Virus record (IMG/VR): IMGVR_UViG_3300045988_144013
Strand: one strand, 5' to 3'
Source of the DNA: a virus
DNA: 45,695 bases
Shown here: positions 25,731 to 35,531 of the stretch, in pieces
Layout: the number at the start of each line of letters is the position of its first letter
Position numbering within the stretch: the first letter of the stretch is position 1
Made by a program: the position numbers and the translations under genes
Notes under the pieces: generated by a model
What the model saw: only the letters and a program-made list of their open reading frames with translations
Databases searched by the model: none
Told to the model about the DNA's origin: nothing

Positions 25731-27812
25731 ATGAAATTCAGTCAATATCCTTCACAGGTCAATCCTAATACAATACAGGGACAAGTACAGCGCCCAGGCG
25801 ATTTAAACAGTTACGGTGGCAATGGCGCTGGATACGAGGCTATTGGTAGAGGATTGGGTGCGGTGAATGAAGTAACAATGAAAATGATAGAAGATGATGA
25901 TAAGCGTAGTTTATTGGAAGCTGTTGATAAATATAATAAAGCAAGATATAACATCCTTTATAACAATGAAACAGGCCTTATGAATACACGCCTTGAAGGT
26001 GCTGTCGGTGCGCAGGATAGGTATTTGGAAGAAGAACGAAAAATCAGAAGTGAAATTTTAGGACAGACTAAGTTTGTTACAAGCCAGTATAGATCTGCAT
26101 TTGAAGAGATGGCTAATAGGTCAGCAAATCAAGGCTGGGCACTTGTTGGGCAGCATCAACATCAACAAGGAGAAAAAGTTAAAGATGTCAGTTATGAAAA
26201 CAACATAAATGATCAGATCGAATTCGGGCAGAAAAATTATGATAATAATGATATTGTTGTGGGCAATGAGGCATCAATCAGACTTTTAACTTCTGCCAGA
26301 TATCAAGGATATGGAGAAGCATTTATAAAAAATAAAACAAGTCAGGCGCTGGGCAAATATGGAAGCACCTTGATCACTGCGGCGATAGTTAATCAGAATT
26401 ACGCCAAAGCGGACGAACTGTTAGGATATTTTTACGATGATTTAACTCCTGAGCAGCGTAATGGCTTTAACAATACAATATTTCAAAAAGAAAAGGTTGA
26501 AACCATAGATAGTTTTGCGCGGCAGATTTTCCAGCAGTTTGGTAATGATGAAGAAGGTGCCAGGGCTTTTATTGATAATATGGGTAATACCTCTATTGAC
26601 GAACAGCAACCAGGGAATGGTATTACGTGGGTCAAGAAAGAGGGCGCTTCGTTAGAGGGAACACAGTATGTAACTCGTAGTGGCCTTGCTGATTTGGGGC
26701 AATATTACCAAAAGATGACTGGTGAACCTTTATTGGTTACCAGTGGTACTGACAGCGGAAATTTGCACGCTGAAGGTGAGCGTAGCCATGGTGGCGGCTG
26801 GAAAGTAGATGTTGCAAGTGATTGGTTGGAGAATCCCGAAAATCGAGCTAAATTTATACAGTATGCTGAAAGTAAAGGGATTCTCGTACTTGATGAATAT
26901 AGTGAGCCGTCTACAAATTCTACGGCAGGACATTTAGATTTAGATTTTACTGACTACAAAGGCAGTGGTGGCGGTAGAAGGTTGATAGATTATGGCGATA
27001 AAGAAACTGTTTTTAAAATGTATAAAAACATGGTAAAGGATCAAGAGAACCGTCAGAAAGAACAGCAAAATGCTTTTTATGCTCAAACAATTGAAAATAT
27101 TTATAACCTTTATAAGCAGGGTGTTCCATATCAATCAGTAGTAGACCAAATCAAAGCAGTTGCCGGTGCAAATGTTGAAGCTGGCAAGAAAATGTTATCA
27201 GCTGCTGATTATTTTTATGATTCTGATGGTAAAATAAAAGGTCTAAGTTCTACACAGTTAGATGTTGCACAAGATATGCTTGGCGGTGGAATGTTCACTT
27301 CTCTTGAAGAGTATACAGGATTTTTAGCAAATCATGGCGCCAAACCTGAGCAGTTGTATAAAGCTAAAGAGACATGGGATCAATTTGAAAACTCCGAAGG
27401 ACGGTTTAGTTATAACTGGAGCGATCTGCAGCAAGATGTTGTTGGCGATATTAAAGATAAAAACGGTGCGAAAGCTCAGGCATGGCGAGAAGCACAAGCC
27501 TACGGAAAAGTATTTATCAGCAAATTTATTTTAGAAAACAAGCGCGAACCTATGTATCATGAAGTTGTTGAAGCGTGTAGAAATTCTCTTAAAAAAAATC
27601 ATTTTGGAACAATGACAGTAAGGGGCTCATATCTGAATAGCGAAGAAGAAGTAAATATTAGTGATGCGCGTTTAGCGCTGGTTGGGATACGTAATGTAGA
27701 AAGGGCTAGAAATACTGATGGCAGTCTGACAGAAGATTTGTTTATTGTAAGATATACAGATGGACGCGTAGAGCAAATGAATGCCGCGAAATTATATATT
27801 ATAGCTGGATGA
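25731..27812 (+). CDS. Internal virion protein with an M15-type (VanY/DD-peptidase-like) peptidoglycan hydrolase domain
   Basis: ERSHGGGWKVDV and AGHLDLDF resemble the SxHxxGxAxD / H zinc ligands of peptidase M15. 693 aa in the core-protein block. Confidence 0.55.
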   Translation: MKFSQYPSQVNPNTIQGQVQRPGDLNSYGGNGAGYEAIGRGLGAVNEVTMKMIEDDDKRSLLEAVDKYNKARYNILYNNETGLMNTRLEGAVGAQDRYLEEERKIRSEILGQTKFVTSQYRSAFEEMANRSANQGWALVGQHQHQQGEKVKDVSYENNINDQIEFGQKNYDNNDIVVGNEASIRLLTSARYQGYGEAFIKNKTSQALGKYGSTLITAAIVNQNYAKADELLGYFYDDLTPEQRNGFNNTIFQKEKVETIDSFARQIFQQFGNDEEGARAFIDNMGNTSIDEQQPGNGITWVKKEGASLEGTQYVTRSGLADLGQYYQKMTGEPLLVTSGTDSGNLHAEGERSHGGGWKVDVASDWLENPENRAKFIQYAESKGILVLDEYSEPSTNSTAGHLDLDFTDYKGSGGGRRLIDYGDKETVFKMYKNMVKDQENRQKEQQNAFYAQTIENIYNLYKQGVPYQSVVDQIKAVAGANVEAGKKMLSAADYFYDSDGKIKGLSSTQLDVAQDMLGGGMFTSLEEYTGFLANHGAKPEQLYKAKETWDQFENSEGRFSYNWSDLQQDVVGDIKDKNGAKAQAWREAQAYGKVFISKFILENKREPMYHEVVEACRNSLKKNHFGTMTVRGSYLNSEEEVNISDARLALVGIRNVERARNTDGSLTEDLFIVRYTDGRVEQMNAAKLYIIAG

Positions 27813-27839
27813 ACCAATAAATAAATTAGGAGTGGTATT

Positions 27840-30800
27840 ATGGACGCAGCAAGAAAACAGGAATTAGATAACATCTTTAATAACGCATTAAAAGCCAGCA
27901 CTAATTATTCTATTCAAAATGCCTATTATGGCACTGACAGCGGAGTGGACCCTTTGTCTACACTTGGTTTTATTGATAAGCAAACCGGTTATGATGTGGA
28001 ATCTAAAATTACTACAGCACTTCTTAATGGTGCAAAATCCGGGATAAAAGGGTTATTGGCAAATGCAGGCGCAATGGTAGAAGAAAATATTGCAATACAT
28101 AAAAGGCAAGATCCCAATTATATACCGTATGGCGGCTATGCTCCGAAAATTGCAGAACAATTCAACAGTTTGGCAAACAGTGAGATTTTACAAAGGACTG
28201 ATGTGCGTAGCAGTAGCAAGCTGGGGCAGTTTGGGCTTGATTTTTTAGAGGGTGCAGGTCAATTTGTTCCGCAAATTGCAGTAACAGGATTAACTGGCGG
28301 TATAGGTGGCGGCATTTTTATGGGTATGTCTATTGCCGGCAACCAATATTCGGACTTGAGAGCGCAGGGCGTTGATGTAGAAACCGCTGCTAAAGCAAGT
28401 CGTTATAACGCTATTATACAGGCACCGCTGGAGCAGCTGGCGCTTGGTAAGGTTTTGGCGAGTCTGCCAGCAGGAAGTCCGTTAAAGAAGAGACTTGTTC
28501 GGTTATTAGAAAGTGCAATAACAGAAGGTGGGACAGAATTCATTCAAGAATTCCCTGAGCAGCTGACGAATATCTATGCCCAAAATCCAAATGCTGATGC
28601 TAAGCAAATTGCTACAGAATGGGACAAAAACTGGCAAGAAAATATTAAAAACGCAGGTTATAGTGGGTTGATCGGTGCCTTATTAGGCGTTGGAGCTAGT
28701 GGTGCTAAAATAGCGATTGACAGTATTGGTGAAAATGTTGATGCTGAAATACACAAAGAAAAACTAACTCAATTAGAAAATAATATCGAAAATGTTAAAA
28801 AAAGTGGAGTTAATCCGGAATATGCAGCGGGTGTTATTAATACGAATCGACCTTCTGATTTTATATCAATAGATGGGCAAAAGCTTCAGCAATATATGCA
28901 GGAGCAGGGAGCGGAAAAGATCACTCAAGCTTTGAATATTACAGAAGATGAAGTAAATGCTGCCGCCACTGATGGGTTGGACGTAGAAGTGCCTATAGGA
29001 GATTTTACGGCTGCCGCTTGTAAGTATGGCGATTTTTATAAAACTATGCAGGATCATATTTCTTTTGGAGATGGTGACTATAGTGTTAACGATAGAAAAT
29101 TAAAAAAGGATCTACGTAAAGCATATCAAATTTCAGAAAATGCCAGAGAAGAGCTGGATATAGAAGTTGATAAAATTGTGGAAAACTCTACAAATGCAAA
29201 AATGAACCAGGAAGAACGAGGAGCGTTGCGCGAATTTTTGGTCAGTCAGGCTATGATTGTTAATCCTGAAAATCCAGCGCAGTATTTCAGAGATCATCCA
29301 GTAGAAATAAAGCGTGTTGTCAGTACTCCTAAGGGCCGATATATGCAAACTAAAAGCGCTAACGAAAAATTGATTGAGGATGAAAGAAACTTTGCTGGCA
29401 TCGTAGATGAATATACTGCAGGGAAAATAAACGATACTAAAACTTATAATGTTATGACGACACCGCTTGCATTGGGTCTTGCAGGCGGTAAAATTTTGCC
29501 TGTAACTATCGACGGAAGCAAGATCAAACATATTTTTGACGGCCATTCCGATGGCATGACGCCGGAGCTGCTAAAACAAGTTCCACGTGCTATGGCTGAC
29601 CCGATGATGGTTTTAGATTCGTATGCTGGGCGTAAGGTTGTTGTATTAGACTTAAAGGATGCACAAGGGTCTACTATTATTCTTCCTTTAGAACTTGATG
29701 TTGAACGCAATCGTTATCAGGTGAATGCTGTCAGCAGTGCTTATGGGAAAGGTGGAGAAAATGGCACAGATTATGATTGGTTTATAGAGCACAATCTAAA
29801 AAAAGGTAGAGTGTCATATATAAATAAAGAAAAGACTGCCAAGTGGTTACAGTCTCCAGGCAGCGATTCCGCCAGCAGAGGTAACGACCTTGACAGTCTT
29901 CTTAATAATAGTATACCAGATGAAAATGCACTTCGCAAGAGACGAGAAGAAATGCAGGGATACTACCAGGCCGAAGGGAAAACTAAAGGTGCTATCACCT
30001 GGGACGAAGAAGGCAAAGCAATTATCAGCCTGTTTGAAGGTTCGGATGTGACAACAGTCTTCCATGAAACAGGACATTATTTTGTAGAGAATCTTGCGAA
30101 CGATGTAAATAGCGGGAAAGCAACCGAACAGCGACAAAAAGACTGGGAAACATTGCTGGACTATGCCGGAATAACTAATGAACAATGGCTTAATATGAGT
30201 ATAGATGAACGCCGGCCTGCTCATGAAAAATGGGCAGAGGGGTTTGAAACATATGTAATGGAAGGTAAGGCTCCGTCTCTTGCTCTGCGCCATGTTTTTG
30301 CAAAAATGGCGAAATGGATGAAGCGTGTTTATGAAAGTATTAGGCGTAATGAAAATGCTGCTCCGCTGACTGATGAAGTTCGGCAGGTCTTTGATCGTAT
30401 GCTTGCCAGTGAAGAGGAAATAAATACAATGTCCAGAGTAGATGGTTATTTTAATAAGCTTCCTTCTGTTATAACAGATAATCTTTCTGAGAGCTCTAAA
30501 ATCAGGCTTGAAAATTATATTGCTAAAGCAAGGGACGAAGCTGTAGATATTTTGACCAGGGAAAGTTTAAGGAATTTTACAAAAGAACGTCGTGTAGCGA
30601 TTGAGGACTTCAAAGATAAACTTCGTCCTGAAATCAGAACAGAAGTAGAGAAACAGCCTTTGTATGCTGCTGGACGAATGCTTGTTGATGATTTGCAGAA
30701 AAAACAAACAGCGAAAGGCGTTGCAGATTATTATCTTGGCTTAATTGCCAGAACTTTGGATATTGAAAGTAAACCTTTGAGCGAAGTAGAAGAGCTTGAT

Positions 30801-33800
30801 GTTATGAAGTTTGATATGATTGCTGAAGCTCAGGGCTTTAGCGGTGATGAGCTGGCAAAAAGGCTTATTGCCGAGCCTACGCTTGAACAGGCGATAGAGA
30901 GAGCCCTTGATAATGCGGTACAAGTAAAATTTCCTGATATTTATAAAGAACGCCAATTAGCGGAAGATGCGGCACGAGAAGCCATTTATAATGATGATAG
31001 CGGTCTGTTGATTGGTGTAGAACAACAGCTAATTGAAGATATGGCAGCGAATATCAATAATAAACAGCGTAGTACAGAACAGGCTCTTGCGCTTGCCCGA
31101 GCACGTAAGCAACAGGCTAAATTAGCAGCTAAAGCAGAAATCAGTAAAATGAGTATGAGTAATGCTTTGAAAACGGGCAGGTTTGTTATGGCAGAACGTC
31201 GTGCTGCAGCACAGGCGGCGAAAGCTATAAAAGCTAAGAGTTTTGAAGAAGCGGCAGATTATAAAAGACAGCAGGCTTTTAACCATGCTTTGGTATTGGA
31301 AAGTTTAAAAATGAAGCAGGAAAAAAGCAGAGCTGAAAAATTTTTAAAACGCCAGTTTAAGGCAAAAAAAGAAACGTGGGAAGATGAAAAGCACTTTACA
31401 CAAGCAGCTGCCATTATGGAAAGGATGGGATTAAAACGCAAGGATTATGATCCTGCACTCAGAAAACAATCTTTAATAGAGTATGCAGAAGAAATGCAGG
31501 AACAATATGATAATGTTGCTATTGCCGACTGGCTTATGGATGAAGGGACGTCTTTAGACAATCCTGCCGCAATGACTTTTGAACAACATCAGGATGTTAT
31601 CAATGCTTTGAAAAATATTAAAGCAATCGTTAAACAGGAAAAATATGTAACCTGGTACGGTAAGGAATTGAATTATAAGGAATTCAAGGACGAGGCTATT
31701 AGGAATCTTTTGAAACTAAAAACAAAATGGCAATCTGGTATCAATTCCAAAGAAAAGGCTAAGCCAAGTCAGAGATTTTTTAGAAACCTTACAAATACTG
31801 ATAATTTCTTTGAGCGGATGGATGGCTGGAAATATGGATTTTTCAGTAAACATTTTGGCGAAAGCGGACAAATTGCAGCTAATAAAAAAGCTGCATATAC
31901 AATGGAGTTTGAAGAACGTATTGCTGACGCTACTAAAAAATGGCTGCCGGATAAAAAGGCTGCGGAAGCAGCAGATAAAGAAATTTATTACGAACCATTT
32001 AAGGCCTCATTAACAAAACATAATATTATAAAGATGCTATTGTATTTAGGCTCGGAAAGCAGTTCGTATAAATTGTGTTCAGTTGGGCCTAACAGTACTT
32101 ATGCAACATTTTTCCGAGGCTCTGAGTTGTGGGTTGAAGGTGATCTTGAACAGACGAGAAGCAATTTGCTTGAGGCTTTAGGCAACGTTTTAACAGAAGC
32201 TGATATTCGTTACGCGGAGGAAATTTCCGCTGCTTGTAGCGCTCACTGGAATGAACTTTCGGATATGGTAAAAAGAACGACTGGTTTCTCGCCTGAGAGA
32301 GTTGATGCTATGCCAGCAGAACTTACTTTGCGTAATGGAGCTAAAGTTGTTTTCCGTGGTGGGTACATTCCGTTAGTAAGATATACTGACGGTGGCAGTC
32401 ATCCTGCTACGTCGGATGCCGTTCCGGCAACAAGCGATAAGCGTGCTGTAAACAGTATTAGAACACTGCATACAAATACCGGTGGAACCAAAGCACGTGA
32501 TAGAAGTGTATATCCGTTGGATTTAAGAAAAGGCGCTGAGTACTCTGCAGTTATGGATAATATACATGATCTATGCTATAGAGAACTAGCTACAAGCTAT
32601 CGTAAAATGTTGAATGATCCTGAAATGTATTCTTTGCTGAAAGAAAAATTAGGTATTGCGAATTTTGAAGCGTTTACAGAATACTTAAAGAAAACGGCAC
32701 AGCCTTATGACGGTGGTTACGCTTCAATCAGTGAAAGAGATGCAGGGACTTGTTTGAGCTGGATACGCCAAAAGGCAGTCAATGTAGCAATAATGCTTAA
32801 CTTCAAAACTGCTGTCCAAAACTTGGGAAATCCGTTGTTATATGGTAATGTTGTTGAAGGCTTTGGTTATAAGGACGTAATGGCCGCTTATGGAAATTTG
32901 TTTTTGAATATGCAAAAAGGGCAAGGATGGAAAGCTTCCAAAGAACTTGTTTATTCTAAATCATCTTATATGAAAGAGCGTTCTGTATTGCCGGATATTT
33001 CATTGCGGGATATGAAAGACGAGAGTAGAAAACTGAATCCAGTTGAGCAGGTTACAGTTGAATTTGGTACAAAAGCATTGGTGTTTACCGATAATTTATC
33101 AGCTATTCCTGTTTGGATACAGGCGTATCAAAAGAAAATCAATGTCGGAGTCAGCGAACAGGAAGCCGTGCTATTTGCGGATACTGTTATTAGGCGTACA
33201 CTTGGCAGCAGCCGTATTACAGATGTTGCACCTATTCAGCGTGGCAGCGCACTCATGAAATTATTTACAACATTCCAGGGCTTTTTCAATACGCAGTTCA
33301 ATCAATGGCAAAGAGAAGCTGGAATTTTTGGCCGTGAGTGGAGTGCCGGAAGGAAAGTTGAAGCATCTAAGCGAATAGTTGCTTTTGCAGCGGCTAAGTA
33401 TTTTATGTTTTGCCTGCTGAATTTGGCTTTTGCATTAGAACCGCCTTTTGAAGAAGACGATGATGAATGGACAAAATATGGTAAAGAGCTTTTGCAGTAT
33501 CCTATGAGTTTGCTAGGACCTGTTGGGCAGGTTGCCAATACTCTTGTTAGCAATATGGTCGGAATGCGAACCTATGGCTATAGGATGACTGCAGTACAAG
33601 GTTCTATCGAACAAGCGGAGCGTACAGTAAAGAAAATAAGCAGTGTACAAAAAGGCAATGCTGAACCAGAAGAACTGATTGAGCCTTTAGCTAATCTCGG
33701 TGGTCTTATCGCTGGTGTGCCGGCGCAGTTCAATAAATTGTTTTTTAACGCTTATGATATTGTTGTAAATGATATGGAGCCTCAGTGGGGCGATATCTAC

Positions 33801-33827
33801 AGACGCAGACCAAAAAAAGAACGGTAA
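27840..33827 (+). CDS. Giant polyvalent internal virion / DNA-ejection protein (1995 aa)
   Basis: N-terminal glycine-zipper TM region. Central KHIFDGHSDGMTPELL module (phage MuF/PBECR-like). HETGH zinc-peptidase motif at 30063-30077. Long coiled coils. C-terminal TM segments. Confidence 0.7.
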   Translation: MDAARKQELDNIFNNALKASTNYSIQNAYYGTDSGVDPLSTLGFIDKQTGYDVESKITTALLNGAKSGIKGLLANAGAMVEENIAIHKRQDPNYIPYGGYAPKIAEQFNSLANSEILQRTDVRSSSKLGQFGLDFLEGAGQFVPQIAVTGLTGGIGGGIFMGMSIAGNQYSDLRAQGVDVETAAKASRYNAIIQAPLEQLALGKVLASLPAGSPLKKRLVRLLESAITEGGTEFIQEFPEQLTNIYAQNPNADAKQIATEWDKNWQENIKNAGYSGLIGALLGVGASGAKIAIDSIGENVDAEIHKEKLTQLENNIENVKKSGVNPEYAAGVINTNRPSDFISIDGQKLQQYMQEQGAEKITQALNITEDEVNAAATDGLDVEVPIGDFTAAACKYGDFYKTMQDHISFGDGDYSVNDRKLKKDLRKAYQISENAREELDIEVDKIVENSTNAKMNQEERGALREFLVSQAMIVNPENPAQYFRDHPVEIKRVVSTPKGRYMQTKSANEKLIEDERNFAGIVDEYTAGKINDTKTYNVMTTPLALGLAGGKILPVTIDGSKIKHIFDGHSDGMTPELLKQVPRAMADPMMVLDSYAGRKVVVLDLKDAQGSTIILPLELDVERNRYQVNAVSSAYGKGGENGTDYDWFIEHNLKKGRVSYINKEKTAKWLQSPGSDSASRGNDLDSLLNNSIPDENALRKRREEMQGYYQAEGKTKGAITWDEEGKAIISLFEGSDVTTVFHETGHYFVENLANDVNSGKATEQRQKDWETLLDYAGITNEQWLNMSIDERRPAHEKWAEGFETYVMEGKAPSLALRHVFAKMAKWMKRVYESIRRNENAAPLTDEVRQVFDRMLASEEEINTMSRVDGYFNKLPSVITDNLSESSKIRLENYIAKARDEAVDILTRESLRNFTKERRVAIEDFKDKLRPEIRTEVEKQPLYAAGRMLVDDLQKKQTAKGVADYYLGLIARTLDIESKPLSEVEELDVMKFDMIAEAQGFSGDELAKRLIAEPTLEQAIERALDNAVQVKFPDIYKERQLAEDAAREAIYNDDSGLLIGVEQQLIEDMAANINNKQRSTEQALALARARKQQAKLAAKAEISKMSMSNALKTGRFVMAERRAAAQAAKAIKAKSFEEAADYKRQQAFNHALVLESLKMKQEKSRAEKFLKRQFKAKKETWEDEKHFTQAAAIMERMGLKRKDYDPALRKQSLIEYAEEMQEQYDNVAIADWLMDEGTSLDNPAAMTFEQHQDVINALKNIKAIVKQEKYVTWYGKELNYKEFKDEAIRNLLKLKTKWQSGINSKEKAKPSQRFFRNLTNTDNFFERMDGWKYGFFSKHFGESGQIAANKKAAYTMEFEERIADATKKWLPDKKAAEAADKEIYYEPFKASLTKHNIIKMLLYLGSESSSYKLCSVGPNSTYATFFRGSELWVEGDLEQTRSNLLEALGNVLTEADIRYAEEISAACSAHWNELSDMVKRTTGFSPERVDAMPAELTLRNGAKVVFRGGYIPLVRYTDGGSHPATSDAVPATSDKRAVNSIRTLHTNTGGTKARDRSVYPLDLRKGAEYSAVMDNIHDLCYRELATSYRKMLNDPEMYSLLKEKLGIANFEAFTEYLKKTAQPYDGGYASISERDAGTCLSWIRQKAVNVAIMLNFKTAVQNLGNPLLYGNVVEGFGYKDVMAAYGNLFLNMQKGQGWKASKELVYSKSSYMKERSVLPDISLRDMKDESRKLNPVEQVTVEFGTKALVFTDNLSAIPVWIQAYQKKINVGVSEQEAVLFADTVIRRTLGSSRITDVAPIQRGSALMKLFTTFQGFFNTQFNQWQREAGIFGREWSAGRKVEASKRIVAFAAAKYFMFCLLNLAFALEPPFEEDDDEWTKYGKELLQYPMSLLGPVGQVANTLVSNMVGMRTYGYRMTAVQGSIEQAERTVKKISSVQKGNAEPEELIEPLANLGGLIAGVPAQFNKLFFNAYDIVVNDMEPQWGDIYRRRPKKER

Positions 33828-33836
33828 GAATAAAAA

Positions 33837-33897
33837 AACTGGCAACGATTTCTCAAGGGACGAAATCCCAATGTTGAAAAAGTTGCCAGTTTTTTAT
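33837..33897. terminator. Bidirectional terminator between convergent genes
   Basis: AACTGGCAAC / GTTGCCAGTT, with an A-run before and T6 after. Inner hairpin GATTTC/GAAATC. Confidence 0.65.
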
Positions 33898-33920
33898 TTA
33901 TCATTACAATTTATTTGACA

Positions 33921-34301
33921 TTAGAAGAAAAATTTATGGGAATGACATTGTTCATATATTTTTCTTATTTCCCAATTAGAAATATTATAGCCATGTAGTC
34001 GTTTATTGTGGAAAACCAACATAAATAAAAACCAAAAAAATGGCAAAATGAATCCTAGATAGGCATTATAAGAATAAATACCAGTTATGTATGGTATAAA
34101 ATATATTGTCGCGATAATTAGTCCGAGAGCAACAAATACATTTTCAATTAATTTTATAATTAGCAAATATAAAGTAAAAGCAATTAAAGTAATAATTCCG
34201 CATTGAAGTTTAAGTATTATTGAACCTTCACGACCCATTCCGATTGCAAATATAGAAAGCCATACACATAATCTTCCCATATCGTCATTAAATTTATCCA
34301 T
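33921..34301 (-). CDS. Four-TM membrane protein; candidate superinfection-exclusion protein (SieA position)
   Basis: 126 aa, very hydrophobic, low-GC codons. Own TG-extended -10 (TGATATAAT) and RBS AGGAG. Confidence 0.6.
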   Translation of the reverse strand: MDKFNDDMGRLCVWLSIFAIGMGREGSIILKLQCGIITLIAFTLYLLIIKLIENVFVALGLIIATIYFIPYITGIYSYNAYLGFILPFFWFLFMLVFHNKRLHGYNISNWEIRKIYEQCHSHKFFF

Positions 34302-34370
34302 ACCAATACTCCTAAAATAAGCATATTATTGACTGTTTTTCATAATTATATCACATTTATAAATGAAAAT

Positions 34371-34392
34371 AAAACAGCCCGTAGGCTGTTTT
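34371..34392 (-). terminator. Terminator after the XRE gene
   Basis: AAAACAGCC-CGTA-GGCTGTTTT, symmetric hairpin. Confidence 0.6.
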
Positions 34393-34396
34393 AAAG

Positions 34397-35101
34397 TTAA
34401 GATTTATTAAGGTATTCTTCTATGAATTTATTCAAGTCATTATCTTGATTGTCTACTATTATATATAAATCATCAATAATAGAATGTTTTTTTGAATCTG
34501 TAATGAATTTAAACTGACCTGAAATAAAAGCAAAAAGTCCGATTACGACTTCACTGTCTCTGAAAAATTTGAAAAGCAAATAACCATTCTGTGAAATAGG
34601 ATCAATTGCGGTGAAATATGATTCCTGTTCTAAAAAATCATAATCATTAAATTGAGGGAAAAAGCTCAAAATAAAATCATTTATGATTGGATGTGTTGAA
34701 TTAAAATGTTTGTTTTTATCCAAAGAAACCGGATTTCCATTGTCATCCAAAACCATTATTTCTTCTTTTAAGTCTTCTGGTATCTTTTTTATGAATGGAA
34801 CACTTTCAACTTTAGGGAAGATATCCCAGTGAACCAAAGAATTCTGTGTATCGTATATTAGTTTTTCTACTAATTTATAGACTTTAGAGTCAGACTTTGA
34901 TTGAGTATCTAAAAGCAGATAATCTAAAGTTACATTAAATAATTCTACAAGTTTTTTTAATAATTCTGGATCGCTAGGAATACTTTTTCCCGTTTCGTAG
35001 TAACTAACAATTCTCGAGGATACTCCTAACTTTGTGGCTAAATCTTTTTGGGTCATACCCTTGGCTTCACGGAGTTTCTTTAGATTTTCACTGAAAGACA
35101 T
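34397..35101 (-). CDS. XRE-family HTH regulator with an unknown 165-aa C-terminal domain (Mnt-position repressor)
   Basis: LREAKGMTQKDLATKLGVSSRIVSYYETGK. Start reset to MSFSEN. Divergent from the RHH/antirepressor operon. Low GC. Confidence 0.75.
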   Translation of the reverse strand: MSFSENLKKLREAKGMTQKDLATKLGVSSRIVSYYETGKSIPSDPELLKKLVELFNVTLDYLLLDTQSKSDSKVYKLVEKLIYDTQNSLVHWDIFPKVESVPFIKKIPEDLKEEIMVLDDNGNPVSLDKNKHFNSTHPIINDFILSFFPQFNDYDFLEQESYFTAIDPISQNGYLLFKFFRDSEVVIGLFAFISGQFKFITDSKKHSIIDDLYIIVDNQDNDLNKFIEEYLNKS

Positions 35102-35180
35102 ATTAATCACCACCTAAAGCAATTATAACAATAAGAACCATAAGACACAATATTTTTCTCGAAAAACATCAAGACGTATA

Positions 35181-35209
35181 TTGACATAACTAACGTATTA
35201 CGTTAAAAT
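35181..35209 (+). promoter_or_regulatory. Promoter TTGACA-N17-TAAAAT with an embedded 15-bp perfect palindrome TAACGTATTACGTTA
   Basis: Consensus -35. The palindrome 35191-35205 spans the spacer and -10. 33 nt before the RHH gene. Confidence 0.65.
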
Positions 35210-35241
35210 TAAAAGTAACAAACGAGAAAGGAGTATTAAAG

Positions 35242-35412
35242 ATGAGGCCAACAATTGATTTTAAAGGTGATCTTGGAGCAGTACTTAGATACCACTGTAC
35301 AAAAGTGGGCATTAGTATTGCTGGCTATGTCAAGGGGTTAGTGTATGATGATTTGTTAAAGAAGTATCCTAACTTACTTGATGAAACAAAAAAAGAAACT
35401 ACCATCAAATAG
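35242..35412 (+). CDS. Arc/Mnt-like ribbon-helix-helix protein (56 aa, tentative)
   Basis: N-terminal beta-strand-like TIDFKGDL followed by two helices. RBS AAAGGAG. Not in the ORF track. Confidence 0.45.
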   Translation: MRPTIDFKGDLGAVLRYHCTKVGISIAGYVKGLVYDDLLKKYPNLLDETKKETTIK

Positions 35413-35471
35413 TTCTTGGCGGAACAATGGTAGTTTCATAATGAAAGAATGTTCAAGATAAACATCATTCT
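35388..35471 (-). ncRNA. Candidate antisense small RNA, about 84 nt (sar-like position)
   Basis: Minus-strand promoter TTGAAA-N17-TAAACT (complement of 35478-35506). 11-bp perfect hairpin 35395-35405 / 35427-35437, followed on the minus strand by T7. Confidence 0.4.
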
Positions 35472-35531
35472 TTTAACAGTTTATCATATATTGAACATTC
35501 TTTCAAATTAAAATTGAAAGGATGTATTTTT

